A stretch of 63,904 nucleotides of DNA, counting the filler, from Octopus bimaculoides (Eukaryota), in NCBI RefSeq assembly GCF_001194135.2. It is 5 parts of 5 records of this genome, joined end to end, with 100 filler letters (N's around TTAATTAATTAA, not from the genome) between each part and the next. Parts side by side here need not be neighbours in the genome. Positions count along the whole stretch, not along the records: positions 1 to 16,711 come from NC_068982.1; positions 16,812 to 28,170 come from NC_069002.1; 3 more parts are not named here. The stretch is one strand, 5' to 3'. The notes beneath the pieces were generated by a model. It was given only the letters and a program-made list of their open reading frames with translations, did not search any database and had not been told where the DNA came from. The translations under genes were made by a program, and so were the position numbers. Each line of letters starts with the position of its first letter. Positions within the stretch are counted from its first letter, which is position 1. Shown piece after piece: positions 13,291-25,200 of this stretch.

Positions 13291-13522
13291 GGCGGCGAGC
13301 TTGCAGAAACGTTAGCATGCAGGGCAAAATGCTGAGCGGTATTTCGTCTGCCGTAACGTTTTGAATTCAAATTCCGCTGCGGTCGACTTTGCCTTTCATC
13401 CTTTCGGGGTCAATAAATTAAGTACCAGTTATGCACTGGGTCGATGTAATCGACTTAATCCCTTTGTCTGTCCTTGTTTGTCCCCTCTATGTTTAGCCCC
13501 TTGTGTGTAATAAAGAAATAAG
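13291..13522 (+). mobile_element. full-length tRNA-derived SINE (family A)
   Basis: Starts ggcggcgagc and ends aaagaaataag. 12-bp TSD aatagttcgaaa at 13279-13290 and 13523-13534. Confidence 0.95.
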
Positions 13523-14977
13523 AATAGTTCGAAATTAAAGAAAAAACAGAGCTTATAATGAGAGTATTGAATTGTAGCTTAGTATCTATAAAGTACGTTG
13601 AATAACCTTTTGTTGCCCCTGTTTGACAAATTAGCATGAACTAATAAACATCTAGTTGTTCGTACCAATCGAATATTGGGCAGACGTCAAAGATTGTTGT
13701 TTTGCAACTTGTAACTTGTAGCCAGCGCTGCATTATACCCATCACTAAGATATTTATACTCTTAGCGCTAAAATCAGACCAGTTACCGGACGTAATACCC
13801 CATCGATTTAATACTCATCACAACCGAATTACAGCTGTTTGTTTAAAGTAGCAGTGCCGATGTCTGGTGATTTTGCGTGCTTGACTTCTGCAAATATATC
13901 GGTTCTATTTTTGAGTGTTCACAACTTGACAAATGGACTCGAAATTATTAAATAGTATATCTTTCACATGTGCAGACATGTGAAATATATTGAGTTTTAT
14001 TTCTGTGCAGCAAAAAACTGACAAATTCATTATAAAACTGTATAAAACTTTATTGATAGTAGCCATAGCAAAAAATACATTACGGCTGGAATCTAAATAA
14101 ATAATAAAAAAGTGAACTTCACAATACTTTACAATAATAGTTACAGCCAAACTTATTTATAGCAGTAACCATAACAAAAAAAGAAACGAAACTCTATGGC
14201 CGTAATTATAGCTAAAAATACTTTATAGGAGTAATGATACAAAAATATATCAAGGGCAGCTGTCAAAAACAAAATGTGTATAGCTGTACAAATAATACAT
14301 ATACTGATAATAGTAGTCATAACGAAGTAATGATAATAGCACAGACAATTTATTGTTGTAGTAGTTAAGCAAAAGGATTTCGCAGCACTAGGCATGGTTA
14401 ATTAGAAATATGGGTTAGTATTAGTTATAACAATATAATCTATATCAGTAGTCTTACTACCACTCGCCGAACTTTATGAAAGTAGGGAGGCAAGGAGACA
14501 TTATATTAGCTGTTATATTTGAAAAGACTATACAATAGATATCATGAAAGGAGTTCTGGCATAAGACTTAACATAACAATCATAACATAAAAGAGACGTA
14601 ATAGTTACAGTAGTTTTAACAATCACTAACCACAACAAGATAATCTTATGACAGCAAACAACAGAAATACATTATACCAGTCGGTATAACAAAAATATTC
14701 TAAAGCGGTCGTCATATCAAAAACGCTTCATAGCAGTAAGCTTAATAAAATGTAGAAGTATGCACAACTGAAAGAATATATCACAGTAGTCATGGAAGTA
14801 GAAATGCTCATAATAATATAGTATCAATACGACATAGAAAATCTGCCCCCAAAAAACTATAAAATAATAGGTCTTCTAAATGAATCGTCACTGATTAACG
14901 TCTGGCCTATGGAATTGATTCTTCTTACACAACCAATGGTGTCTCAGTGTCTGCTAAATGTACTCTGCAGTTCTCTA

Positions 14978-15038
<61 letters not shown>

Positions 15039-15062
15039 TGTGTATTTGTGTGTGTGTGTGTA

Positions 15063-15458
15063 GAGGATGCTATGGGTAAATTGTCGCCATTTCATATTTT
15101 TTTTTAATTTTGAGCTTTTGCATTGTTTCTTTTTGATTTTGTCGACTACATAGTATAGTGGGTCAGTTAGGATCCGCCTATGAGAAAAACACAATTCATT
15201 CTGCCAAAAATTTCGAAACAACATCCTGCACTGCTTGGCATTCGCGCAGGAAGCTCTAATACGAACATTTCACAGTGTTTGAGTGTCAATCGGAGTACAG
15301 TGCGGAGGATTCGGAAAGAGCTAGATGGGTCTAATGGTGAAATAACTCCTGAATTCGTTGGTGAGATCCAGGTTATGATTGACAACGATCTCTCCAAGTC
15401 AACCAAGTCCATCACCAGTTTCTAATCAGGCAGGTAGTGCATGAAGACATTCGGTATT

Positions 15459-15503
<45 letters not shown>

Positions 15504-16699
15504 AGGTGCGGTGAATAAATTGTCTAAATTACTGACATCTCATTTTAACAGATATATTTACCAAAATTACATAAGAATATCTTAAAATAGTAAAGAGTAA
15601 ATCGCTATTGGCTTCAACCACGGCCTCCAGACGACTTTGGAATCTCCTGCAACTCTTCTGGACGGTTTCCTTGTTCGAAATGGTGAGAAAGGGCCAGTTT
15701 TTANNNNNNNNNNATATATATATATATATATACCAGGTGCGGTGAATAAATTGTCTAAATTACTGACATCTCATTTTAACAGATATATTTACCAAAATTA
15801 CATAAGAATATCTTAAAATAGTAAAGAGTAAATCGCTATTGGCTTCAACCACGGCCTCCAGACGACTTTGGAATCTCCTGCAACTCTTCTGGACGGTTTC
15901 CTTGTTCGAAATGGTGAGAAAGGGCCAGTTTTTATCCCAGGCCATCAAGGACAAGAGAAAAGACCACACTATGAAGCTTTTGAAGAAACTCAAACATCCC
16001 CTCAAACCGAATATGCTTTCGTTTTTTTCTTCAGACGAGAAATATTTCTGCCATGATCAGATGATCAACACTCAGAACAACCGTTGGCGTGGCGTGTGCC
16101 CAAAACATGCAACGGGAGTGATAAAAATCAAACATCCAGTCAACATCATGATGTTTGGAGTGATCACTAATGATGGCGATGTTATGCCTTCATTCATCTT
16201 CCCACGCAACCTCAGACTCAACACAGAGGCCTACATCAAGTGTCTGGAGGAGGAAGTGCTGCTCTGGGTCAAGAAGGTGGCTACTGGAAGACCCTCTGTA
16301 TGGCAACGGGACTTTGCACCATACCACACAAGCAGGAGAGTCCAGTCATAGCTGTCAGAAAATTTCTGCGACCAAATCACCCCTAACATCTGGCTGCCTA
16401 ACTCCCCAGAATGCAACCCCCTTGATTATTATTTGAGGGGCACAGTTGAGCGAGAGAGAAACAAAATTCCTTGTAACACCAAAGATGAACTGGAGGCAAG
16501 GATTATGACAGCATTCACCAACTTGAACCAGGAAACCGTCCAGAAGAGCTGCAGGAGATTCCAAAGTCGTCTGGAGGCCGTGGTTGAAGCCAATAGCGAT
16601 TTACTCTTTACTATTTCAAGATATTTTTATGTAATTTTGGTAAAAATATCTGTTAAAATGAGATGTCAGTAATTTAGACAATTTATTCACCGCACCCCG
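15063..16699 (+). mobile_element. maT/DD37D-like Tc1/mariner transposon, rearranged
   Basis: N-terminus MRKTQF..GIRAGSSNTNISQCLSVNRSTVRRIRKELD (15180) and catalytic region FFSSDEKYFC..VITNDGDVMP..WQRDFAPYH..WLPNSPECNPLDY (15900-16440). Degenerate left TIR after TA 15061-62 (18/25 match to the right TIR including the TA). Confidence 0.88.
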
Positions 16700-16711
16700 T
16701 ATATATATATA

Positions 16712-16811
16712 NNNNNNNNNNNNNNNNNNNNNNNNNNNNNNNNNNNNNNNNNNNNTTAATTAATTAANNNNNNNNNNNNNNNNNNNNNNNNNNNNNNNNN
16801 NNNNNNNNNNN
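16712..16811. other. artificial scaffold-join linker (44N + TTAATTAATTAA + 44N)
   Basis: Exactly 100 bp with stop codons in all six frames. The same structure occurs four times in the window. Confidence 0.95.
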
Positions 16812-17202
16812 TTACTCTAGGCACGAGGCCCGAAATTTGTGGGGAGGGAGCCAGTTGATTAGATTGACCTCAGTACGCAACTGGTACTTAATTTATCGAC
16901 TCTGAAAGGATGAAAGGCAAAGTCGACCTCGGTGGAATTTGAACTCAGAACGTAAAGACAGACGAAATACCTATTTCTTTACTGCCCACAAGGGGCTACA
17001 CACAGAGCGGACAAACAAGGACAGACAAACGGATTAAGTCGATTATATCGACCCCAGTGCGTAACTGGTACTTAATTTATCGACCCCGAAAGGATGAAAG
17101 GCAAAGTCGACCTCGGCGGAATTTGAACTCAGAACATAAAGACAGACGAAATACCGCTAAGCATTTCGCCCAGCGTGCCAACGTTTCTGCCCGCTCGCCG
17201 CC
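16812..17202 (-). mobile_element. composite family-A SINE (one head, two bodies, two different tails)
   Basis: The body gaaatacc..gaactcag..gtcgacctcgg..aaggatgaaagg occurs twice in tandem with a single tRNA head at 17160-17202. Confidence 0.88.
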
Positions 17203-17329
17203 TTCAAAGAATTTTTTTAGTAGGATATTCTTTTCTACTCTTGGCACAAGGCCCGAAATTTTTTTTACGCAACTGCTACTTAATTTATAATAAAAATGAA
17301 ATAATAAAATAACAATAAAGATTAATTTT

Positions 17330-17720
17330 ATTTCCTCGCTGACGATGGATGAAGGGACGATAGTTTAGGAGATCCCCGGTACAGTCGGTTTGGTAGATGC
17401 TTACAGTCGTTAACATGAGAGGAAAAGTGTGAAGGGTGGTCGTTTGCAGGTAGGGAGAGGCAATAGAAAGAACCTCTTGCTGGTTATGGATCAAGAGACA
17501 CAGAGAGAGGGAAAGAGTGAAAGAGGAGTTAAGCTGGAAGGCAAGAGGAAATGTTCAGTGATTTGGCCACCTCTGTTGATCCACCAGCAGGAGCGGGGTT
17601 ACGGTCCAGGGTCGAAATACCCGATGATCGTTGGAACTCTGTCTGATGACAGCAGTTTCCCCTGGTCAAAGCTCCATTCACTTCGGTGAATGGAAAAGAA
17701 GCACTTTTTCTAATTGTTAT
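17330..17720 (-). mobile_element. decayed Jockey/CR1-group LINE 3' fragment
   Basis: GC-richer block whose minus strand loosely resembles the NSFFPRTxxLWNxLP..FP end of such ORF2s. Highly degenerate. Confidence 0.4.
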
Positions 17721-17749
17721 CAATAACATAGACAAATTAAAACGAATTA

Positions 17750-18050
17750 CAAGACTCTGTAGAGTTGAATTGCTTCTAGAAAACAGACATAAGAGACAAT
17801 AAAATATTCAGTTATATTTTGGACATACGGTGGGCTACAAGTCATTGGCCAAGACCATACTAAGAGAAGTGTGGAGGAGTAGAGAGCAAGAGGCTTCCAT
17901 ATATATATCTGTGGACTGACATCAAAGGAGAGACTGGAAACGGGAATTCTGCTGATTTTGTGCACGTAGAAAAACACAGTAGGCATTGGTGAAAACATTC
18001 GAAGAATTGATCCTAACTCTATATGGTGGCAATCAGGGAACCTCACCGAT
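17750..18050 (+). mobile_element. RTE-type LINE 3' fragment
   Basis: IQLYFGHTVGYKSLAKTIL..WTDIK resembles the RTE KLxYFGHIxR..LxKTILEG..WxDDIK motif. Confidence 0.55.
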
Positions 18051-18329
18051 CCCAAATGTTATATATGCATGTATGTATGTGTGTATGTATGTATTCAGAG
18101 GACATAACGATTCATTGGAAAAGGTATGTTTGTAGTAAATCGTTCAAATATTATTGTCAAAGCCTATCACGAAATGAAATATTTGCTAATCGATATATCA
18201 ATCCAATAAATAACAATATTTATCTAAAACATAATAGTGGAAAAAATCCCAATATAAATATTTGAAAGCAGAAAGAAAACATTGCTGTGGATTGAAAGCA
18301 TAGGTAATTTTTTAAATCTTAGGTGCCTT

Positions 18330-18830
18330 GGGAATGGTAAAAATATTTTACGGCACCGAAGAATATCCATTAACATCTGTGAAAACTAAGCGAAGAAAAT
18401 TTCGAAGAATACCTGGGTGAAAAATGCATTAAGTTAAGGAAATTTTCTTGCAGTTTTCTTAATATATGTAATGCATTGTAAATGGATGAGGATGATAAAA
18501 AATAACGATTTCAGAGCCTGAATAACAATGGTAATAGACAATAAGGCCACAAGAATTACCTCAGATTCTAAAGAAAAAAAATGGAAATAGTAATAAAAGA
18601 AAGAAGAAAAAAAACAACGGGAAAGCGCCAAAAAGTAATAAAGTTCCAAACTTCTGGTTGAAATATTAACCAGGCACAAACAAACTTCTGGCAAGGTTTT
18701 TTTTTTTTGTTATTGCAAATGTTAGAAAAATACCTGAATGCCTTATCGAATGGACAAAATGAAATTATTATAATTCGTAAGAAACAGTAACCCTCCAAAA
18801 TAGTGGAACAATTACATGCCTGCTTGTCTG
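18330..18830 (+). mobile_element. R4/Dong-like non-LTR fragment (pre-RT region)
   Basis: GKAPKSNKVPNFWLKY..IPECLIEWTK..NNY resembles the R4-clade WKSPGPDxxxNFWLK..PEWLxxGxTxLIPK..NYRPI. Confidence 0.55.
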
Positions 18831-19041
18831 TCTGTCTTCGGCATTAAAAGTCTTGACTGCATTATCGCAGACGATAAAGTTATTACCAGTTACATAAAGA
18901 TTCACTTCTAGATACTGCCAAAGACTTATATATTTCTAAAGACCAATTATTGATCAACTAAAACCACGATCGAAAACAGAAGAATTAATTTCTCTATAGG
19001 GACTTGGCATAAATTGGTTAATAAGAGGATTTTTGACAATG

Positions 19042-19192
19042 TTCTCTACCTTGGTTACATATTTTATAGACCCTGAAAGGATGAAAGGCAGAGTCGACCG
19101 CAAGGGGGTTTTGAACTTCGAACGTAAAAAAGAAAAAAATGTTGCTAAGCATTTTGACCAGCGTGCTAACGATTCTACCAAGCTCGCCGCTC
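19042..19192 (-). mobile_element. family-A SINE, partial
   Basis: gaaaggatgaaaggcagagtcgacc...gctaagcattttgaccagcgtgctaacgattc. Confidence 0.85.
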
Positions 19193-19216
19193 ACGTCATC
19201 GAAATAATTCTTTCTA

Positions 19217-19451
19217 TAGGGTGTTCAAAACGTCTCTCTGCAGTAAGTATTTAATGATTTTCGGACGATTCTTGTACACTGATCCTTTACTTGTTCCCCA
19301 GAAAAAAAGTCTGGCAGTGTTAAATCAGATGATCTTGGTGGCCAAAGTCCCTTCCAAATAATCTGTTCACTTAAAAACTCTTGAAGTAGCGCCATGGTGA
19401 TGCGCAGGTTGAAAACAAAAATTCACTGCAGAGAAATTTTTGAACAACCTG
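19217..19451 (-). mobile_element. Tc1/mariner internally deleted derivative (MITE-like)
   Basis: Imperfect TIRs (agggtgttcaaaa..tctctgcag and ctgcagagaaattttttgaacaacctg) with TA flanks. Internal minus frame WKGLWPPRSSDLTLPDFF. Confidence 0.8.
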
Positions 19452-19467
19452 TACTATAGGTAGTAAA

Positions 19468-19797
19468 GGTGCATGGCTCAGTAGTTAGTGAGTCGGGCTC
19501 ACAATCACGTGATGAGTTCGATTACGTGCTGTATGTTGTGTTCTTGAGCAAGACACTTTATTTCACGCTGCTTCAGTTCACTCAGTTGTAGAAATTAGCT
19601 GCGACATCACTGGTGCCATGCTGTATTGGCATTTCCCTTTCCCTTGGGTAACATCAGTGGTGTGGAGAGGGCACTCTGGTATGCATGAGCGACTGCTGGC
19701 CTTTCATAAGCAACCTTGCCCGAACTTGTGCCCTGTAGGGGAACTTTCTAGGTGCAATCCTATGGCCCTTCATGACTGAAAGGGGTCTTTAACCTTA
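19468..19797 (+). mobile_element. tRNA/CORE SINE (family C)
   Basis: Head gtgcatggctcagtagttag and CORE-like ttgtgttcttgagcaagacactttatttcac. The same family occurs inverted at 46465-46780. Confidence 0.85.
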
Positions 19798-19998
19798 CTG
19801 TAGGCAAAAGGCATGAAATTTTGGGTATCGTAGCTAGTCGGTTACATTGATCCTGCTGCATAACTGGTACTTATTTTATCGGGCCCCGAACGGATGAAAG
19901 ACAAAATCGACCTCGGAAGAATTTGAACTCAGAACGTACAGGCGGACGAAATGCTGCTAAACGTTTTGCCTGACGTGCTAACCATTCCGCCAGCTTAC
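19798..19998 (-). mobile_element. family-A SINE
   Basis: actggtacttattttatcgggccccgaacggatgaaagacaaaatcgacctcgg...gtgctaaccattccgccagct. Confidence 0.85.
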
Positions 19999-20491
19999 TG
20001 CTCTCGACCTCTAAATAATGAAGGCTAAAGTTGTGCACGACCGGATTTGAACCCAAAGCATGAAGGGCCGGAAAAAATGACACAAAGGATTATTTCCGAT
20101 AGTTTACGATTCATCCAATTCATGCCATAAAGTCATCGAATGGGAATCCTTAAATATGAAAATGAGTCATAATAATTATTTATTAAATATGAATTATCTT
20201 GTTTTGTTATAGTTGTATGATCTTTTGTTTTTTTTTTATTTTTGCATTTTTTTTTTTTTTAGTATTTTGTTCTTTTGTTTTGTTTCGTATAATTCAATTT
20301 GCTCTGCTTATTTCAACTGTAGGAATTTCAGAAACCGACATCAAATAGCCTCACCTTATCGTTAAAGAATTATATACCATATAGCATAAGTATTTTGCAT
20401 GTCTTGTTTACATGTGTATGTGTACACACACACATATATTTATATATACATACATACATGCATATAAACACCTTTGCATTTATATATATAC

Positions 20492-20567
<76 letters not shown>

Positions 20568-21119
20568 TGTTGCCTCTTTATCTCTTTTTAATTTACACGT
20601 CAAAGAGATATATTTATAATCAGGATTAAATTAATGAACAACGAACTACAAGCGCTTTACTTCATTTTCTCTTTTTTTTCTTTCTTTCTTTCTACCTTCT
20701 TATTTCATACATAATCTGCCTTTAAAACAAAACAATAACAACAACTACAACATAAATGGGGAAAAACACAGCAAGACAATTCGAATAAATTGTTGTGAAA
20801 ACCCCCCAAAAAACGTATTAAAAAAACAATAATCTAGCAGTTAATTTGTATTTTAAAAGCCTTAAACACTCCTATATCGTTACTTTTTATTTCATGTTCT
20901 GTATAAATCCCTATCATTACTTCAGACCCCTTGTAAGCCTTCCATCCCAAAAGTTTTACGCTCCTGGCACTCCCTAATATCGTTTAAATATCTACTTAGC
21001 AAAATAATTAATAATCCCCAGTTTTCTCTTTAATTTAGTTTCGCTAATTGGCATTGCATGTTTAGTAAGTACATCGCGTCACCTGTGGTCTGATTTCAGG
21101 TGTACGGCAACAGGGTCTC

Positions 21120-21161
<42 letters not shown>

Positions 21162-21274
21162 ATATCATTGTATCTATATATGTATATATATGTATATATG
21201 TGTATATATGTATATATATATATTTATATATATGTATATATGTATATATATGTGCGTATATATCGGTATCTATT

Positions 21275-21343
<69 letters not shown>

Positions 21344-21355
21344 GGATGGATGGAT

Positions 21356-21424
<69 letters not shown>

Positions 21425-21445
21425 CATGGATGGATGGATAGATAG
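21275..21445. repeat. (AGAT)n microsatellite
   Basis: Visible tetranucleotide array. Confidence 0.95.
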
Positions 21446-21966
21446 ATTGGCGTGCAGATATGTAGGTTAGTAATCTTTCATGCACACATAATGGTAGGTA
21501 GAAGTGTAGGTATACACGTATGCTTGTAAATGAAAGAATGTGTGTATGCATCCAAGTACATATATACGTGTGTGTGTCTGTGTGAGTGTGTGTGTATGAG
21601 AGAGCGTGTGTGTGTGTGTGTGCTTGTGTGGGTGTCTAGACATACTCAAGTTTGCTTGCACTGAAGAAAAGTTTATTTACTCACTCAAGGTTGATGTATA
21701 CATACAGACATACATTTGTATCTGCATCCATATATCTAATATAACTATACACACACAAACAAACACACATATACACACACACACGCACACACTTATATAC
21801 TCATTTTGTGCTGGTATACATTATTGCACATAAGCAGATATATCTATAAAATATATAACAAACGAATATGCATTGTTTAATGTTATATATGCAAGTGCGG
21901 CTATGTGATAGGATGTTTGCTTCCGAACAACATGCTTCCACGTTCAGTCCCAGTTGGTGGCACCTA

Positions 21967-22890
21967 GGACAAACGTTAAGTCCTGATCTTTGTGGATCTT
22001 AAAATGTCTTTTGAGGCCTCCAATAGAATTGCAGATTTTATAGCATACACGGCATTGAAAGGTGTGCATCGATATATTCGTTGAATAGTTGGTTGAGGTT
22101 CGTTTCTTATGGGTCCTCAAATGAGATTTGAGCCCAGCGAAAGAAAGGCATGGTCTGTCACAAACTGTGCCCACAGAACGGTCATTGAGATCCACCTTCT
22201 CGATCGCAACATGCTTCTTTGAATCTCTCTTGAGTCTTGCATGTTTTATCCTGAGCTCTTCAAACGCTTTCACTCCACTCCTTGCATTTGTTCGCCATCC
22301 AGCTCGATCCGAAGCATGGGTTTCTATGGCCTTTGGATCACCCAGAACAACCTCTTTCCATCTTTCACAACTTTGTCCCTCAAGGCCGCGGAATCTCTTC
22401 CTTTACATGAACGACCGTCGACAAAAATTAGCAGCCAAACCCCACTCACTGTCTTAGAAAAGATGTATTGGATACTGTGGTTTTGGTCAAGTTGTACTGT
22501 ACTCCAGTACAACTGGTCGCATAGTCGGGCCTCGGCGACTAAATTGGCAGCCCTGCAAAGCTTGCTTGTTAAAGAGAGTGGTTTTCGTTGGATATTCTGC
22601 AGGGCGAAAAACAAAATCTGGTAAAGGGCAGATGAAGTTAGTACTGTCAGTAGTCATCCGACAGTTAGCAACTGACCCTCTGTCGGTTACGATGAAGAGT
22701 GTTCCATTGATGTGAACAACGGAACAACCTGCTCGCGAAATTGACGTTGCATGTGGCTGAGAACTCCATAGTTAGTAGCGTGAGACAGTTAGTTTTTATT
22801 TAGACATCTGCCTTGGAAAGGAAACACCATGATCTAATAGCTGTGACATGGTTTGCATCCAACGACGCAGACTCTAGTCTGCGTCATACT
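21967..22890 (-). mobile_element. bipartite RTE derivative: putative 5' UTR fused to the ORF2 C-terminus with two C2H2-like fingers
   Basis: DPKAIETHASDRAGWRTNARSGVKAFEELRIKHARLKR..CDRPCLSFAGLKSHLRTH..CRVCYKICNSIGGLKRHFKIH. The upstream non-coding part is homologous to 41490-41770, and no EN or RT region lies between them. Confidence 0.78.
22644..22769 (-). mobile_element. 5'-truncated SINE tail inserted in the RTE derivative
   Basis: About 70% similar by eye to the tail of the SINE at 52620-52932. 8-bp TSD agttagta at 22636-22643 and 22770-22777. Confidence 0.75.
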
Positions 22891-22949
22891 GGACAAATGC
22901 ATAGGGTGTTTTGTGAAAGGAATTGTACCTGTGCAAGGATTTTCCTCAC

Positions 22950-23026
22950 CTTAAAAAGCTTTAAGCACAAGCAAGTCCATTTGACGCCTTGAAGATTATG
23001 TTTATTTAAGCATAGGCTAGATATCC
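22950..23026 (-). other. candidate 77-nt exon (UTR or coding, GISSLCLNKHNLQGVKWTCLCLKLFK in phase 1-0)
   Basis: Strong acceptor ctcctgattttcttttag, donor AAG|GTGAGG, one open frame. Confidence 0.3.
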
Positions 23027-23389
23027 CTAAAAGAAAATCAGGAGTGAACCCCTACAGGCAGTGTGACGGGTATGTCTCATTCTTGCAGCCCTTGCATCCG
23101 GCACTTCTCTGTCTTGCCTTTGGGAAAGTGAGAGTGGGGGTAGATGTTGCTCAAGTTCTACCTCACCGTAAAAATCTTGTGCAAGTCAGTTCGGCTTTAC
23201 ATATTTGACAATTATTGGCCTAATAAGCGATCCGGAGAACCATAACGAATAGGGTTGCTAATCTAGTCATCTTCAGAGTTTTGGAAGGCAAATTTGTGGT
23301 TTTAGATAGCATGGTTTCTCTAACTTACACAAACAACAACAACGACAACAACAATAACGACAACTACAACAATAACAACAACGACGACA

Positions 23390-23600
23390 GTTTCTATAGG
23401 GAGCAAGAGCTGGCGGCCTCAGGCTGCATTTCCCCCAACTGATAAAGGACTGCGGACTACAATAACAACCGCGAAACAGTCGCTTTTGCTCAACCGCCCG
23501 CAACAACCGCAGTTTTGATAACAGCGGTGATAATCGTGACGTTGGCAACCACGTGATCATGTAACCAACATGGCAGTGTGAACAAAACTAGAAGACAAAC
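23390..23600. promoter_or_regulatory. CpG-rich promoter-like island
   Basis: TGACG, GTTGGCAAC, CACGTG and CAACATGGC (YY1-like) packed within 23536-23574. Not similar to any repeat seen elsewhere in the window. Confidence 0.4.
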
Positions 23601-23849
23601 AACGACTTCGATGCCAATAACAACAACAACAACAAGAGTGATAACGACTGCGACATATTGATAACATGTATATACACATGTATATACACATATACAGTCA
23701 AACACAAACACAGACACACTCGTGAACACACAAATATGCACACTTGTGCGTTAAAATCGAAATGAAAATGGTGTCCGTGTGATCGTCGGTGGAAGTTAAT
23801 CCGTTAAGATCCTCCTTTAGTAAAGGACGTCTAGGAGATTATAATAGAG

Positions 23850-24281
23850 AGAGAGAGAGAGGGAGGGAGAGGGAGGAAGGAAGGTAGGAAGGAAAGAAGG
23901 AAGGAAGAAAAGAAGGAAGGAAGGAAGGAAGGAAGGAAGGAAGGNNNNNNNNNNAAGGAAAGAAGGAAGGAAGGAAGGAAGGAAGGAAGGAAGGAAAGAA
24001 GGAAGGAAGGAAGGAAGGAAGGAAGGAAGGAAGGAAAGAAGAATAAGTGTGCGCGTGGATGTGTGTGTGGATGTGATAGAAAGAGGGTAAGAGTACAGAG
24101 AGTGAATGAGTTAGAGTGAGAGAGAGAGAGAGAAAGAATGATAGAAGGAAACAGGGGAGAGAGAGAAAGAAAGAGAGAGGGGAGAGAAGGAAGAAGAAAG
24201 AGAGAGGGGAGAGAGGAAGAAAGAGAAGGAGAGAAGAAGAAAGAGAAGGAGAGAGGAAGAAAGAGGAGAGAGGAAGAGAGG

Positions 24282-24353
<72 letters not shown>

Positions 24354-24466
24354 CAGAAAGAAAGAAAGAAGGAAAGAAATAAAGAAAGAAAGACAGAAAG
24401 AAAAACAGACAGAGTGTGGTAGAAAGGTTAGGGAATGAGTGAGAGTTTGAGAGAAAGAGATAAAGA

Positions 24467-24500
<34 letters not shown>
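23850..24500. repeat. polypurine compound microsatellite (GA, GGAA, GAAA, GACA)
   Basis: Visible arrays. Confidence 0.95.
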
Positions 24501-24501
<1 letters not shown>

Positions 24502-24665
24502 GTGAGATGAAGTGAGAGTGAGCAGGAGAGTCGAGTGTAAAGGAGATTTCTTGGGTTTTTTCTAATCCTTGTTGTAAGCGATCTCTATTGATTCTCAAGC
24601 AGACAATGACAAGGGAACTCTTAGTAAAAAGACCACAGCCCGACGTCGACGACCACCACGACATC

Positions 24666-24696
<31 letters not shown>

Positions 24697-24809
24697 GCAA
24701 CGACAGTGTCCCTTCTTATGGGTTTTATCGATGACCGAGGGTGGTAATTCGTAGCGATGGGGACGAAGAGGAGGAAGAAGGACGGAACAGTGAAAGAAAT
24801 TTTGAATGA

Positions 24810-25200
24810 GTGTATGTATGTATGTATGTGTGTGTGTATGTATGTATGTATGTGTGTATGTATGTATGTATGTATGCGTGTATGTATATATATGCATGTA
24901 TGTATGTATGTATGTATGTAAGCGTGTATGTATGTATGTATGTATGAATGTATGTATGCGTGTATGTATATATATATATGTCTGTATATGTATGTGTATG
25001 TATGTGCATGTATGTATAAATGTATGTGTATGTATGTATATGTATATGTATGTACGTGTGGTGTATGTATGAGAGTAGTTATGTATGCATATGCATATAT
25101 GTATGTGTGTACATATGTATGTACGTATGTATGTATATATGTATGTACGAACGTACGTTGTATGTACGTACGTACGTCTTTATGTATGTATGGACCATGT
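24810..25200. repeat. degenerate (TATG)n/(TG)n array
   Basis: Visible array that explains the overlapping MYVC/HTYI ORFs. Confidence 0.95.

Noticed and set aside
15500-15703. Apparent tandem duplication of the transposon end
   Set aside because: Identical to the sequence starting at 15731 and separated only by a 10-N gap and (TA)n; most likely a contig-overlap artefact.
22644-22769. Idea that the SINE tail derives from the RTE 5' UTR
   Set aside because: The shared segment is flanked by an 8-bp TSD and is absent from the second UTR copy at 41.7 kb, so it is an inserted truncated SINE.
23273-23560. Cys-rich 95-aa ORF resembling a metallothionein or keratin-associated protein
   Set aside because: The cysteines come from the reverse strand of a (CAA/CGA)n repeat, and there is no supporting gene structure.
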